Shown: positions 28,408 to 51,091, counted from the first letter of the stretch. The stretch: 64,000 nt of DNA from the human T2T-CHM13v2.0 reference genome, Homo sapiens (GCF_009914755.1 NC_060927.1); one strand, 5' to 3'. The notes: generated by a model from the sequence alone, not told the origin. Program-made: numbers and translations.

Positions 28408-28921
28408 TGTGGAAATAAATGAAGACCAACCAAATAAGAACAGGCAAAAGCGATTTCATCAGAGCTTGCTATAGCAAAGGAGTCAGACATCATCACATGT
28501 TTTGGCAGAGACTCAAAGTCAGGCAAAGGAGTGGGAAAGCTTTATGGTGGAAAAAAGGGAAGACTTCAGGTGTGACTCAATTAGAACCCATGAGTGGTCT
28601 AATCAGAAGTGGGACATCCTATATGGATATTTGGCTTTCTTTCATTGGTCCTAAATTGGAAGCAAGGACAAAAATTACGTAAGCTATCTGTTATTATTCA
28701 AGTCCTGGCTGTTTGGGGCTGATTGTTACAGGGTTGTTGTTTGGCTTCCTGGACTGGTTGCTAAAGATAGGGGTCTGATTTCCTTCAAGTCTGACTTATA
28801 GATAGTAGGCTAGTTACTGTAGATAATGGGTTGGTTTCTTGGGCTGGTGGCTGCAGATTATGTATCAGAGTCCTATTTTTATATACGGTCTTGCTATTGT
28901 CCATTTGCATATTCAGTCTCT
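28408..28921 (-). mobile_element. MER31-like solo LTR (ERV1)
   Basis: Reverse complement begins gagagactgaatatgcaaatggacaatagc and ends tttatttccACA. Confidence 0.75.
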
Positions 28922-29147
28922 CTGTGTTAAAACTGCTTGAATCTGGGGCTTTTTTAAAAATAATAGAGGTGGGGTCTTGCTATGTTGGCCAGAGTGGTCG
29001 CAAACTCCTGGCCTCAACAGTCCTCTTGACTCAGCCTCCCAAAATGCTAGTGTGAGCCACCATGCCTGGCCTGAATCCAGGGCTTTTTTATTCCACAGCT
29101 ATGTTCTTTCCACTATTGAATGCTATCAGATAATATCAAGGAATTAA

Positions 29148-29540
<393 letters not shown>

Positions 29541-29654
29541 TAGGCACAATAGGAGGTTGAATCACATCTGATGTAAGGCTTGTGGACTACAGGCATTTAA
29601 CTGCTGAGTGAGCTTAGTTACACGTGCAGTATCCTCCTTTTCGTACATTTCTGA

Positions 29655-31597
<1,943 letters not shown>

Positions 31598-32252
31598 CTC
31601 CAGTCTGGGTAACCTAGTGAGACCTCACCTCTACAAAAATAAAAAGATAAATTAGCCAAGTGTGATGGCAAGTGGCTGTAATCCTAGCTATTCAGGAGGC
31701 TGTGACAGTAGGATCGCTGAGCCCAGGAGATCAAGACTGCAGGGAGCTATGATCAGTCGTGCCACTGTATTCCAGCCTGGGTGATAGAGCAAGGCCCTGT
31801 CTCTAAAAAAACAAAAACAAACAAACAAAACTACTGATAATCTACAGGTCACATTTGGCAGGCTTCCAAATTAACCTGCCTAGAAAAGGTCTTAGGATTC
31901 TTGGCTTACATTCTGTCCCTTAATAAAAAATCTTGGCATGCCTGTAATCCCAGCACTCTGAGAGGCTGAGGCAGGCAGATCACTTAAGCCCAGGAGTTTA
32001 AGACCAGCCTGGGCAACACGGTGAAACCCCATCTCTACACAAAATTCAAAAATTTTGTGGTTGTGGTGGTGCCATCTGTAGTCCCAGCTACTTGGTAGGC
32101 TGAAGTGGGAGGATTGCTTGAGCCGGGGGAGTTCAAGGCTGCAGTGAGCCACTGCACTCCTCCAGCCTGGGGCATAACAGAGCGAGACCCCGTCTCAAAA
32201 AGACAAAACAAAACAGGCAGGGCACGGTGGCTCACGCCTGATCTTGCGGTGA

Positions 32253-32551
<299 letters not shown>

Positions 32552-32994
32552 TGAACTCCTGACCTCAGGTGATCTGCCCACCTCAGCCTCCCAAAGTGCT
32601 CGGATTAAAGGCTTGAGCCACCACGCCTGGCCAAGAACCTTCTCTCTTAACCTGAGTTCCTCAGCCTTAATGTGAGTTCCTCAAACTGTTGACATACTAA
32701 TTAATATGTATCTACTGAGACTGAAAAAGACACTAATTTCTTTCTAAATCATGAAGTTTTACTGATTATCTTATATGTAAAACATTTTAGCCTATATGTT
32801 GTAATCTGTAGCCAATGATTGACCCTCTATATTATACCCTCTAGTGGAAAAAGACAAAGATAACTCTGCCTGGTGTGGTGGTTCACGCCTGTAATCCCAA
32901 GGCTTTGGGATAAGCGTAGAATTTTTAGAGAAGAATTAAAAATAATGCTGTGCCTAGGCAACATAGTGAGGCCCTGTCTGTACAAAAATAATTA

Positions 32995-33326
<332 letters not shown>

Positions 33327-33436
33327 CTACTTGGGAGGCTGAGGCAGGTGGATCGCTTGATCCCAGAACCGTGAGGTTAGAGCAAGCTATGATTTTCCAC
33401 TGCACTCAAGCCTGGGTGACAGAGCAAGACCCTGTC

Positions 33437-33484
<48 letters not shown>

Positions 33485-33680
33485 CTGGGCGCGTTGGCTC
33501 ACGCCTATAATCCCAGCACTTTGGGAGGCCAAGGCAGGTGGATCACCTGAGGTCAGTAGTTCGAGACTAGCCCGGCCAACACGGTGAAACCCCGTGTCTA
33601 CTAATAATATAAAAAAATTGCTGGGCAATTTTACAGTGCCTGTAATCCCAGAACTTTGGGAGGCCGAGGCGGGCGAATCA

Positions 33681-34064
<384 letters not shown>

Positions 34065-34214
34065 TCAAAAAAAAAAAAGAGAGAGAGAGGGGGCTCTGAT
34101 ATGGAGTCCCCATCGCTTCTCCTAAAATTTCTTATAAAAACATTCCAGGCCAGGCACTTTGGGAGGCCTAGGCGGGCGGATCACGAGGTCAGGATATCAA
34201 GACCATCCTGGCTA

Positions 34215-34754
<540 letters not shown>

Positions 34755-34869
34755 TTAGAACACGTCCAACTTTGTTTATTTATCTTCCTAGGTTTATCCT
34801 CACATTTGGCTTCCAATAACCTTTATCAAATTATTTCTGCCTCAGCAACCTTAATTTTGGTTGGCAAAA

Positions 34870-34887
34870 TGACATAGGTGGCAGGAT
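34870..34887 (+). promoter_or_regulatory. Degenerate tRNA-Ser primer-binding site
   Basis: tgacataggtggcaggat versus tggcgtagtcggcaggat (complement of the tRNA-Ser 3' end), 3 nt after the LTR terminal CA. Confidence 0.7.
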
Positions 34888-35218
34888 TTCAGAGTGACCT
34901 CCCTAGACCAAAAGCAGCTTCCAGCCTTTGTGCATGTACGGGCAACAAATCCACTGTGTTCCCGAACTTGGATGCCCTGCTGGGCTACAGGTGAGTTTCT
35001 ACCAAAATCAGGCTGGGCACAGTGGCTCATGCTTGTAATTCCAGCACTTTGGGAGGCTGAGGCAGTCAGCTCACTTGACCCCAGCAGTTCAAGACCAGCC
35101 TGGGCAACATAGTGAAACTCCGTCTCTACAAAACGTACAAAAATTAGCTGAGTGGGGCCAGGCACAGTGGCTCACGTCTGTAATCCCAACACTTTGGGAG
35201 GCTGAGGCGGGCGGATCA

Positions 35219-35431
<213 letters not shown>

Positions 35432-37431
35432 CTAAAAAAAAAAAAAAGCTGAGTTTAGTGGCATGGGCCTCTAGTCCCAGCTACTTGGGAGGATCTCTTG
35501 AGGCCGGAAGGTCAAGGCTGCCATGAGCTGTGATGGAGCCACTGTATTCCAGTCTGAGCAACAGGGCAAGATCCTGTTTCCAAAAAAAAAAAAAAAAAAA
35601 TTCAATGAACTTCGTGTCTTCGTCAAAGTTCTGTTTGTTTTGTTTTGTTTTCAGACAGGGTTTCACTATGCTGTCCAGGCTGGAGTGCAATGGTGTGATC
35701 TCAGCTCACTGCAACCTCTGCCTCCTAGGCTCCAGAGATCCTTCTTCCTTAGTCTCCTGTGTAGCTGGGGACCACAGGTGCATACCACCATGCCTGGCTA
35801 ATTAGTTGAGGTCCTGGTTTATTGAAGCTAGTTTCCTCCTTGGCTAGGAGGTACAATGACTCTCTCAGAATCAGAGTTACTGCTGTGAATTCAAGGCAAG
35901 AGTTTCTGTTGAATTCTAGGCTAGGATAAAATGGGACCTCTGTAAATTGTCTCACTGGGGTTTTGGTGTGAGACAACTTTTCCTTAGCTTCCTCCTTTTT
36001 CAATTGCATGAGCGTGCTCTTGCTCCACTACATAGCTTGTTTCATTCAAAACAACCAGGATGGAAAAGGGGTCCTCTAAAACTGAAGATGCGCCAGCTAG
36101 GTTTTATGAATAATGCTTATGGGTCCTTCTACTTACCTAACCCAGATTGGTTATAAAACAGCAATGGCCAAAATGGGGATCTTTTGAATGTGCCTAAAAT
36201 AATTTATTTGCACGCATAATTAGAAAAGCTGGTTTTAGAACCAAATAGAATGGGAGACTTAATTCCAATAACACCTAAAAGCTTTTAAGATACATTCTAA
36301 AAAAAAATTTGCCCCATTCAAAAGGTAAATATATTTAAAATTATTTCTTACAGATGATGAAACTGAGGCAAACAAAAAAGAAAAATAAAGAAAACTATTT
36401 CTAAATTGAAAAAGACTTTGGAGGTTTTCTCCCTTTTGCCTCCAACTGCTCCTCCTCCTTCGATCCCTGTGATATGAACGCATCCCTTTCTACTGGTTCC
36501 CTTGGCTCCCATACATCTCTTAGGCAGAGAGTTTTAGAATTTCACAATGTGCATATTTCTTTCTCTCAATAGGTTAAAATATTAATTAAATTTGGAACAA
36601 AAAGAACAAACAGAACAACTACAAAACACAAAACTGCTGATATTCAGATCCAACAAATTTTTCTAAACTGACAATAAGAAACAAAATGATGCCAGGCGCG
36701 GTGGTTCACGTCTATAACCTAAGCACTTTGAGAGGCTGAGGCAGGAGGATTGCTTGAGCTCAGGAGTTCAAGACTAGCCTGGGTAACATGGTGGCTTTTG
36801 TTGTTGTTGTTGTTGTTTCCCAAAAAAAAAGAAAAGCAAAAGAAAAAATAGCTAGGCGTGGTGGCACACACCTGTGGTCTCAGGTACTTGGGAGGCTGAG
36901 ATGGGAGGATTGCTTGAGCCCCAGGAGGTCGAGGCTGCAGTGAGGTGAAGGCTGCAGTAAGCAGTGATTTCAACACGTAACCTGGATGACGGAGTGAGAC
37001 CCTGTCTCAAAAGAAAAAAAAAATCTGTTTCTGTTTAAAACTTACCAGATTTATATCTAAAAAATTCAGCTTTTTCTATGCCTCACTACATATGATTGAC
37101 AGGTTACATACATCATTGTCTTCTGTTCCTTTTTTCCATAAAAAGGTATATCTTTTTGCTTAGCTGAGTTAACTCTCTCCTTCAACCTTTTTGTGAACTT
37201 TTTGTGTAACTTTTTCTACCCCTACTGTGATGGCTAATACTAAAACATTTGTCTTGAAGGTCTAAATAGGCAATGTTTTCCTCCAGTATAACTTGATTCT
37301 GTGTTCTAGGCTTTTCTTGATATATCTAAATTGTTCCACATAACCAAAAAACTTCCCATGCTGTTACTAAGAGCCATATATCCCACTGCTCAAGATACTA
37401 GTTTTCTTATTTACATTCCTTTATGATTTAA

Positions 37432-37719
<288 letters not shown>

Positions 37720-39958
37720 TGACCTCAGGTGATCTGCCAGCCTCGGCCTCCCTAACAGCTGGGATTACAGGCGTAAGCCACTACGCCAGGCCCACCCTCT
37801 TTTTTTTTTTTTTTTTTTTTTAATGTTAAGTTTGACTTCCAGGTTATCTAAATGGGCTTCCCATTTAGTAGGGCAATTCCCATACAATTGCACTACAAGA
37901 GGTTTTTCTTTACCATTTTGGTAACTGGCCTCAAAACCAAATATTCTGCATTTTATCAAAATAACTTCTAGGCTGGTGGGGTGGCTCACACCTGTAATCG
38001 CAGCACTTTGGGAGGCCGAGGTGGGCGGATCACTTGAGGTCAGGAGTTTGAGACCAGCCTGGTCAACATGGTGAAACCCCGTCTCTACCAAAAATATAAA
38101 AAATTACCAAGTGTCGTGGAGTGCACCTGTAATTCCAGTTACTCGGGAGGCTGAGGCAGGCAAATCACTTGAACCCAGGAGACGGAGATTGTGGTGAGCC
38201 GAGATCGTGCCACTGTACTCCAGCCTGGATGACAGAGTGAGACTCCGTCTCAAAAAACAAACAAACAAAAACAACAAAAATAACTTCTAGGCTGGGCACT
38301 GTGGCTCACGTCTGTAATCCCAGAACTTTGGGAGACTGAAGCAGGAGGATCCCTTGAGTCTGGGAATTGGAGACCAGCCTGGGCAGCATAGGGAGACCCT
38401 GTCTCTACAAAGAATACAAAAATTAGCCAAGCATGGTGGTGTGTGCCTGTAGTCCCAGCTACTCAGGAGGCTGAGGTGGGAGGATCCCTTGAGCCCCAGG
38501 AGGCAAAGGTTGCAGTGAGCTGAGATCATGCCACTGCACTCCAGCCTGGGCAACAGAGAGAGAGAGAGAGACTCCATTTCAAAATAATAATAATAATAAC
38601 AATAATAATAATTTCTGTATTATCTGTGTAGGTTTTTTGTGGGTTTTGTTGTTGTTTTTATTTTATTTTTGAGACAGGGTCTGGCTTGTTGCTCAGGCAG
38701 CAATGCAGTAACATGATCACAGCTTACTGCAGCCTCAAGCTCCTGGGCTCAAGTAATTTTCCCACTTAAGCCTTCCAAGTAGCTGGGACCACAGGTGCAT
38801 GCCACCATGCCTGGGTAATTTTTGTTTAATTTTTTAAGAGATGGGGATCTCCCTATGTTGCCCAGGCTGGTCTCGAACTCCTGGGCTCAGCAATCCTCAT
38901 GCTTTGGACTCCTGAAGTACTGGAATTACAGGTGTGAGCCACCAGGCCCAGCCATATAGTTCTATCTTGATCAAGTGTTTTAAGCCTTTTGACATCTTTT
39001 ACAAATTTCTCCAAGATCAAAATCCTAAATTAAGTCTTTTAAACAATTCAACTTGTTTTGATAAATAATACTAAATCCTCTTTTAGTTACATCTAATGGG
39101 TATGTTATTAATATAAATGTTCTTAAAATTATATAAATTCATAAAAATCTAATGTTATCAGTCATAATTTTAATTATGTTAAATATTTTCTAAAGTTACA
39201 TAGATATATCATTAATATAACTATTCTAAAGGTCATATAACATTTATAAAGGTCTAATAGTCCTGATGTGATATTGTCAGTCATAATTCTAATTTTTATG
39301 TTAAAATGCTACATATAATAAAAATGTAGCAATTGTCAATTAAAAACTTTCATCAGACTCTGACCATGGCTATTCTAAGTTTTTGTCATCCACAGCCATT
39401 ATTATTATTGTTGTTATTTTTTGAGACAGGGTCTCACTATGTTGCCCAGGCACAGCCATTATTTTAAATTCTTCTCTAAAAACATTTACAATCAGCTATA
39501 ATCCAAAATTGCTTTTCATAAAAGACTCTAACAAGTACTCCTAAACACAGGTTTCTAATAACTTTAAGATTAATAGACTAAAGAAAAATTTCAAAAACTC
39601 TAATGAAATCTAATACATTCATAAAGATTGCTAACCCAACACCAAACAAAACAAAATTACATGAGACTAAACTGATAAAATGCTAAGATGATTTTTATGA
39701 CTTTTTGACTTTTTTTAAAAACATTACTGGTTCTTTTTTTTTTTTTTTTTTTTGGGACAGTGTCTGGAATGCAGTGGTGTAATCACGGCTCACTGCAGCC
39801 TCGACCTTCTTGGCTCAAGTGATCCTTCCATCTCAGCCTCCCAAGTAGCTGGAACCACAGGTGAAAACCACCACGCCCAGCAAATTTCTGTATTTTTTTG
39901 TGGAGACAGGGTTTTACCATGTTGTCCAGGCTAACATACACTTTTATAAACAAAATTA

Positions 39959-40225
<267 letters not shown>

Positions 40226-40996
40226 CTACAGAGTGAGACCCTGTCTCAAAAAACAAACAAACAAACAAAACAAAGAAAATTAAAACATTTACCTTTCTTT
40301 CAACCTAAGTTCTGCAAAATTCATAAACAATCAATGGCTAAGGAAGGCCAAAATCATAGTCCCCCAGAGACTAGAGATAATTTATTATTCAAAAAATAAC
40401 ATATAGCCTCCTGTCATGATGGACCCCTGGGCCCCTTTTTACTAACAACCTGGCCTGCCTGAAATAACGAGGTGGTTCTTTTTGTTTGTTTGTTTTGCTA
40501 CAGGGTCTTGCTCTGTTGCCCAGGCTGGAGTACAGTAGTGCGATCTCAGTTCACTGCAGCCTCGACTGCCCAGGCTCAAAGGATCCTATCACCTCAGCCT
40601 CCTGAGTAGCTGGGACTACAGGTGCACACCACCACATCCAGCCAATGTTTTTCTATTTTTGTAGAGACAGGGTCTCACTATATTGCCCAGGCTAGTCTTG
40701 AACTCCTGGGCTCAAGCAGTCCTCCCACCTCGGCCTCCTAACATGCTGGGATTACAGTCATGAGCCATAACATCCGGCCTGCAATAACAAGGTTCTTTCT
40801 CCAAATCAAAAGACATGACTTCCTGGAAATGAGCATTCCCAATGCTGAAATATTAAAAAAAAAAAAAAATCTACTGCCAGGCACTGTGGTTCACGCCTGT
40901 AATTCCAGCAGTTTGAGAGGCCGAGGTGGGAGGATCATTTGAGGGCAGGACTACTAGCCTGGCCAACATGGTGAAACCTGCTCTCTACTAAAACTA

Positions 40997-41269
<273 letters not shown>

Positions 41270-41334
41270 TTAGCTGTCTGGGGAAGGTCTTGTGATTCAT
41301 GTCTTACATCCTGTCCTTGTATAAAAATCCTTAT

Positions 41335-42143
41335 AAGAATGAGATCTTGTCATTTGCAACAATATGGATGGAACTGGCGGTCATTATGTTAAGTGAAATA
41401 AGCCAGGCACTGAAAGACAAACTTTGCATGTTCTCACTTATTTTTGGGAGCTAAAAATTAAAATAATTGAACTCATGGAGACAGACAGTAGATGGATGGT
41501 TACCAGAGGCTGGAAAGTACCCTGTTGTACTAGCAAATACTAGGTATTATTCTTTCTAACTATTTTTTTTGTACCCATTAACCATTCCCGAGACTATTTT
41601 TTTGTACCCATTAACCATTCCTGAAGTGACTATACTCAATAATATATACATAATTTTTTGGAGATGTAGTCTCACTCTGTCACTCCGGCTGGAATGCAGT
41701 GGCACAATCCCAGCTCACTGAAACCTCCACCTCCTGGGTTCAAATGATTCTCCTGCCTCAGCTTCCTGAGTAGCTGGGATTACAGGTGCCTGTCACCACA
41801 CCTGGCTAATTTTTTGTATTTTTAGTAGAGATGGGGTTTCACCATGTTGGTCAGGCTGGTCTCGAACTCCTGACCTCAAGTGATCCAACCTGCCTTGGCC
41901 TCCCAAAGTGCTGGGATTACAGACATGAGCCGCTGCACCCGGCCAGTCAATAATAATTCAATTGTATATTTTCAAATAATAAAAAAAAAATAATTGCATT
42001 GTTTGTAACACAAAGGATAAATGCTTGAGGTGACAGATATCCCATTTAGCCTGATGTGATTATGCATTGCATGCCTGTATCAAAATATCTCATGTAACCC
42101 ACAAATATATACACCTACTATGTACCCACAAAAATTAAAAAAA
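41335..42143 (+). mobile_element. L1MA 3' end inserted into the 3' LTR
   Basis: cattatgttaagtgaaataagccaggcac...cctactatgtacccacaaaaattaaaa; TSD-like aaaaatc(c)ttat. Confidence 0.9.
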
Positions 42144-42319
42144 ATCTTATTGTGAACCCCTCAAATCTTATCAGAAGTTCCTCAGACTTTTTTTTGTAGT
42201 TGTTGTTGTTGTTGTTGTTGAGACAAAGTCTCACTCTGTTGCCTAGGCTGGAGTGCAGTGGCAAGATCTTGGCTCACTGCAACCTCCGACTCCCAGATTC
42301 AAATGATCCTCCTGCCTGA

Positions 42320-42523
<204 letters not shown>

Positions 42524-42674
42524 TGATTAGTGTATAACCTACCAACACTAAAAAAAACACTAATTTATTTCTAAATTATTAATATAAAGTTTTACTGATT
42601 TGTTTCTAAATCATAAAGTTTTACTGACTATCTTACATATAAAACAATTCCTGACTTTGGAACTGCAATGTTAC

Positions 42675-42760
42675 CTCATTTAAGAGTGGAAAATGTCAGC
42701 CCTACAATCCAGTTGGTAATGCTCGTCTTCTCTGTCATTCAGTCAAATCAGAATTACTTT
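42675..42760 (-). pseudogene. Candidate exon 6 (86 nt)
   Basis: Acceptor atatttttcttctaacag; donor GAG|gtaaca; stops in all frames. Confidence 0.6.
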
Positions 42761-42767
42761 CTGTTAG

Positions 42768-43085
<318 letters not shown>

Positions 43086-43825
43086 TGAGCCACTGTGCCC
43101 GGCCGTGTTAGCATTTATTTCAAGGAATGTGATTGTAACCAATAGGAAATAAATAAATCTTATAAATCGGTTACTAAATCCTATCATCAGGATTAAAATT
43201 ATATAGGTCTAATTATGTTATCACTTTTATTTTATTAAAAACAAGGTAGAACATCAATGTACTGTTTCTCACTGCTTAATTTTTTGTTGTTTGTTTGTTT
43301 GTTTTCTGAGATGGGCCTGGCCAAATTATACATTATTTTTGAAGCAAGGAGTATATGATAACTGCATGATTTCCCTGGTAAATTGTGCATATGTGTATGT
43401 GTAAGTGATTCAAATTCTGGTGTGGCCAGACATGATGGCCCATGCCTGTAATCCCAGCATTTTAGGAGGCCAAGGCAGGCAGATAGCTTGAGCTCAGGAG
43501 TTGGAGACCAGCCTGGGCAACATGGCAAAACTCTTGTCTCTTCAAAAAAATTAGCTGGGCATGGTGATGCATGCCTGTAGTTCCAGCTATGTGAGAGGCT
43601 AAAGTGGTAGGATCACCTGAGCCTGGGGAGGTTGAGGCTGCAGTGATCCATGATCACACCACTGTACTCCGGCCTGGGCAACAGAGTGAGACCTTGTCTC
43701 AAAAACAAGCGAACAACAACAAAAAAAATCCCACCAAATTCTAGTGTTTGGTTTTTGAAAAAAATTAAATAAAAATCAAGTCGAAAAACTATAAACAACT
43801 CCATTCTTTTCTTTTCTTTTTTTGA

Positions 43826-44011
<186 letters not shown>

Positions 44012-44315
44012 TAGGCTGGTCTCGAACTCCTGACTTTGTGATCCACCTGCCTCGGCCTCCCAAAGTGATGGGATTACAGGCATGAGCCACTGCGCCCAGC
44101 CTAACTCCATTATTTTCATTAGGTAATATTTTCCAATGTATTTAATAAAAGATAAAGATATTTACTGCTAAAAACTAATCAACAGAAGACAGAAAATATT
44201 TAACAATTTTTAAGATAAATAAGAATTTACTGTAATAAATATTTTGTGACATGATTTGTTTAGAATGATTTTAACTACCTTATTGAATAATGAACAACAA
44301 ACTGAAAGAAATCAC

Positions 44316-44350
44316 ATAAAAGTTTCATCTGGATACTTTACCCAATGTAC
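44316..44350 (-). pseudogene. Candidate exon 5 (35 nt, VHWVKYPDETF)
   Basis: Acceptor ctaaatctttccag; donor TAT|gtgatt (weak; an alternative donor lies near 44278). Confidence 0.45.
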
Positions 44351-44513
44351 CTGGAAAGATTTAGTAGTCCCATTAAAACATTTCAATTATATTTAAAAGA
44401 ATCACTGCCAATAACTATACTCCTTTTCATTCCAGGAATGCACATTTAAAGACTTGGCTTATGTTAAACATATGTAGAGAGACATTTTTAGCATCTAGAA
44501 CTGAATTTCTTAC

Positions 44514-44565
44514 CCATACTGTCTCTGCTCACTCTCGAGTGATTCTCTAATAAGAGGTAAGCATT
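44514..44565 (-). pseudogene. Candidate exon 4 (52 nt)
   Basis: Long pyrimidine tract ending ttgccctag; donor TGG|gtaaga. Confidence 0.65.
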
Positions 44566-44705
44566 CTAGGGCAAGTCAAGGGATGGAAGAGGCAAAATTG
44601 TTGAAAAAAAATTGTCATTTCTCCCACCACCCTGCTCTTATTTATCTGAATTCAGATCTTGGGGGCAGAGTGCCCAGGTTTTAACTTAGTTTCACTCTTT
44701 TTTTC

Positions 44706-44764
<59 letters not shown>
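44706..44764. repeat. Compound (TA)n(TG)n microsatellite
   Basis: Read directly. Confidence 0.98.
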
Positions 44765-44765
<1 letters not shown>

Positions 44766-45080
44766 TTTTCACGAATAAACCATACACAGCTTCTTTTATT
44801 ATTTATGCCTAGTTTGCACATACACTAATTTTTACTAGTGTTGAATGTTATTTGACATTGAAGTTGACAAGAGAGACCTTTTCATTAACAGTTTCATGAT
44901 TTTTTAGTTTTAATAGTTTAATAGTTTTCATTTTTTTGAATAGTGTAAAATCAAAATTTGATTTTCCCTTTAGAGCTCTTTTTGTTTAAAGATCTGTAGT
45001 CGCTGGGTGCGGTGGCTCACGCCTGTTATCCCAGCACTTTGGAAGGCCAAGGCGGGCGGATCACCTGAGGTTGGGAGTTA

Positions 45081-45327
<247 letters not shown>

Positions 45328-45587
45328 TTAATTTCCTATATTGAGGCCATTGCAGAGCACTTTTTAAAGGATCAAACTGCCTATACTTGGAAAATGGCTC
45401 AAAAGATGCTAATTGTCTGGATGCAGTGGCTCACACCTATAATCCCAGCACTTTGGGAGGCTGACGCAAGAGACTGCTTGAGCCCAGGAGTCTGAAACTA
45501 GCCTGGGCAACATAACAAGACCCTGTCTCTATTTTATTTTTTTTTAATTTTATAAAAAAACATTAATTTATCAGTGTGATGAAATAC

Positions 45588-45713
45588 CAGGCAATCAACA
45601 GAACTTGCAATGTCGAAGACAAACCATGTGGAGATGTGTATAATAGCATTTTAGGTACAAAAGCTAGAACATTGATTTCAACAAGTCAGAGTCTGTTTTG
45701 GTTCCGAGGTAAA
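45588..45713 (-). pseudogene. Candidate exon 3 (126 nt)
   Basis: Branch-point-like cctaac, acceptor atttttccag, donor CTG|gtattt. Preferred frame LPRNQNRL*LVEINVLAFVPKMLLYTSPHGLSSTLQVLLIA. Confidence 0.6.
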
Positions 45714-46042
45714 CTGGAAAAATTTGATGTGTTAGGTGGGAGATATAAGAGGACTGTGTTTTTCTTAAATTTTCTTCAATGTGGTTAAAATATGGATTGT
45801 ACAATAAGAGTATACAGTCTGTCAAGAGCAGTGGTCATTGTTAATGAGTAAACTAAAGCACTCTTTGCAAATTAATTAGTAAATAAAAGGTCTTTCAAAG
45901 GGCAAAGAACTTAAAATTATAAAAGGGGGGGTTAGTTATAGAAAAACCTATGTGGCAAAATGCTGCCAAAGACACGGGTAAATTTAGGAAGAACAGAGTC
46001 ATAATTATTCCTGAAGAGGGCATTCTGAAGGAAAAAGCCCTA

Positions 46043-46549
<507 letters not shown>

Positions 46550-46621
46550 TCAAATGTGTGCAAAACTCTATTTTTGAACCTGAGTAAGGAAACCTGAACA
46601 GGAAAGGTGAATGGTTCTTAC

Positions 46622-46730
46622 TTGTTCAGACCACTTGGAGTCTACCCCTGTTCTGGCACCTCACTGGGATACACTAGTCAGTGAGGCTGACCTCAGACTC
46701 TGCTGCCTGATAGCCTTCCTCAGGCACAGG
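46622..46730 (-). pseudogene. Candidate exon 1 (non-coding; 5' end approximate)
   Basis: Donor CAA|gtaaga at 46621, lying just downstream of TGACGTCA (46759-46766). Confidence 0.45.
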
Positions 46731-46745
46731 CACTCTATGGCTCAG

Positions 46746-46914
46746 GTCATGTTGGTCCTGACGTCACGTTGAGTCTAGTGCCATGGGGGATAGAGTACAA
46801 CTGTGGTGGGAACCCCCTGTTGGATATAGCACCATATTAGTGGTGGCACCATGTTGGAGGAACACCATGTTGGCTAGAGCACCACGTTGGCAGGGGTGAC
46901 AAGTTGGAAGGGGG
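46746..46914. repeat. Degenerate 17-bp-period tandem array, about 10 units, core ACCATGTTGG
   Basis: Units start at 46746, 46763, 46780, 46797, 46814, 46831, 46848, 46864, 46881 and 46898. Confidence 0.8.
46759..46766. promoter_or_regulatory. Full palindromic CRE (TGACGTCA)
   Basis: Exact CREB/CREM/ATF1 consensus with an intact CpG in an otherwise CpG-depleted region. Confidence 0.6.
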
Positions 46915-47119
46915 ATGTTAGTCGGCTATTACTGAATGCTCCACAGGCTCTCTAATGGCAGCTCCAGGGAATCTAGGACGAGCTGCCCACTCTGGCACTT
47001 CTGACACCACCGCCAAAACTGTGGACCTTTATTGCATACACCATCCTCTGAAGTTCAACCCTAAAAGAGAGTATGACTAGAGCCTCTGACTTCTTTTCTC
47101 CTCCTTCTTCCAAAAAAAA

Positions 47120-48855
<1,736 letters not shown>

Positions 48856-49036
48856 TAGGGATGTACTGAATTTCAGTCTCAGCCTTGGTAGTCTACCAAA
48901 TCTATTATTTGAATTTGACTTCAGCCAAACGGCAAAATAGCTACCTTATAATCATTTCTGGTTTTCCTGACCTTGTCATCAGTGCCCATGTGGTAGCCCA
49001 GGACATCAGCAAGTCCATCTAGTCACTTGGTGACTT

Positions 49037-49516
49037 TGATAGGCAGAATAATGTGCCCTTCCCCACTCATCCCCGAAGATGCCCATGTCCTAACACCTGG
49101 AATCTGTAAATATGTTAGATTACAGGGCAAAAGCAAATTAAGGTTGCAGATAGAATCAAAGTTACTAACCAACTGATTTTAAAACAGAGAAATTATCCTG
49201 GATTATGCAGATAGAGCCAATATAATCACAAGGATTCTAAAAGGTAGAAGAAGGAGCCTGAAGAGGAGAGTCAGAGGGAGACATGACTATGGAAGAATGG
49301 TCAGAGGGATGGCTTTGAGGATGAAAGAAATGGCCTATGAGCCAAGGGATGTGGCCAGCCTCTAAAAGCTGGAAAAGGCCAGGAAATTGATTCTCCCTTG
49401 TTGCCACCTTGATTTTAGCCTTACATCAGACTTCTGACCCTAAGATAATAAATTTGTGTTGTTTTAAGCTACTAAGTTTATAATAACTTGTTACATCAAC
49501 AATGGAAAACTCATAC
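49037..49516 (+). mobile_element. MLT1D/E MaLR LTR
   Basis: tgataggcagaataatg...ttatcctggattat...aataaatttgtgttgttttaagc...aaactcatACA. Confidence 0.85.
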
Positions 49517-49744
49517 AGTCATCAGGAGAGTTCTGGGTCTCACACAGCCAGGAACAGAGTAAATCTGGTTAAGGAAATATTTATAGGATGGAAAGTTGGT
49601 AAAACAAAACAAAACAAAACAAAACAAATGCTTGTTGAGCATTCTTGACAATGGCACACACATGGTGAAGACCATGAGGGGTTTGGGAATAATAAACATA
49701 CAGTGTTTTATTTATACCCTTCAGGTGTTGTTCAGACAATTCCT

Positions 49745-51091
<1,347 letters not shown>

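Noticed and set aside
44436-44556. Plus-strand exon candidate (ttcattccag...GAG|gtaagc)
   Set aside because: Stops in all three frames and no partner exons on that strand; the overlapping minus-strand exon fits better. An antisense lncRNA exon is not excluded.
46746-46914. CRISPR-like reading of the core/linker array
   Set aside because: Primate DNA, units of only 17 bp, degenerate cores, no cas genes.
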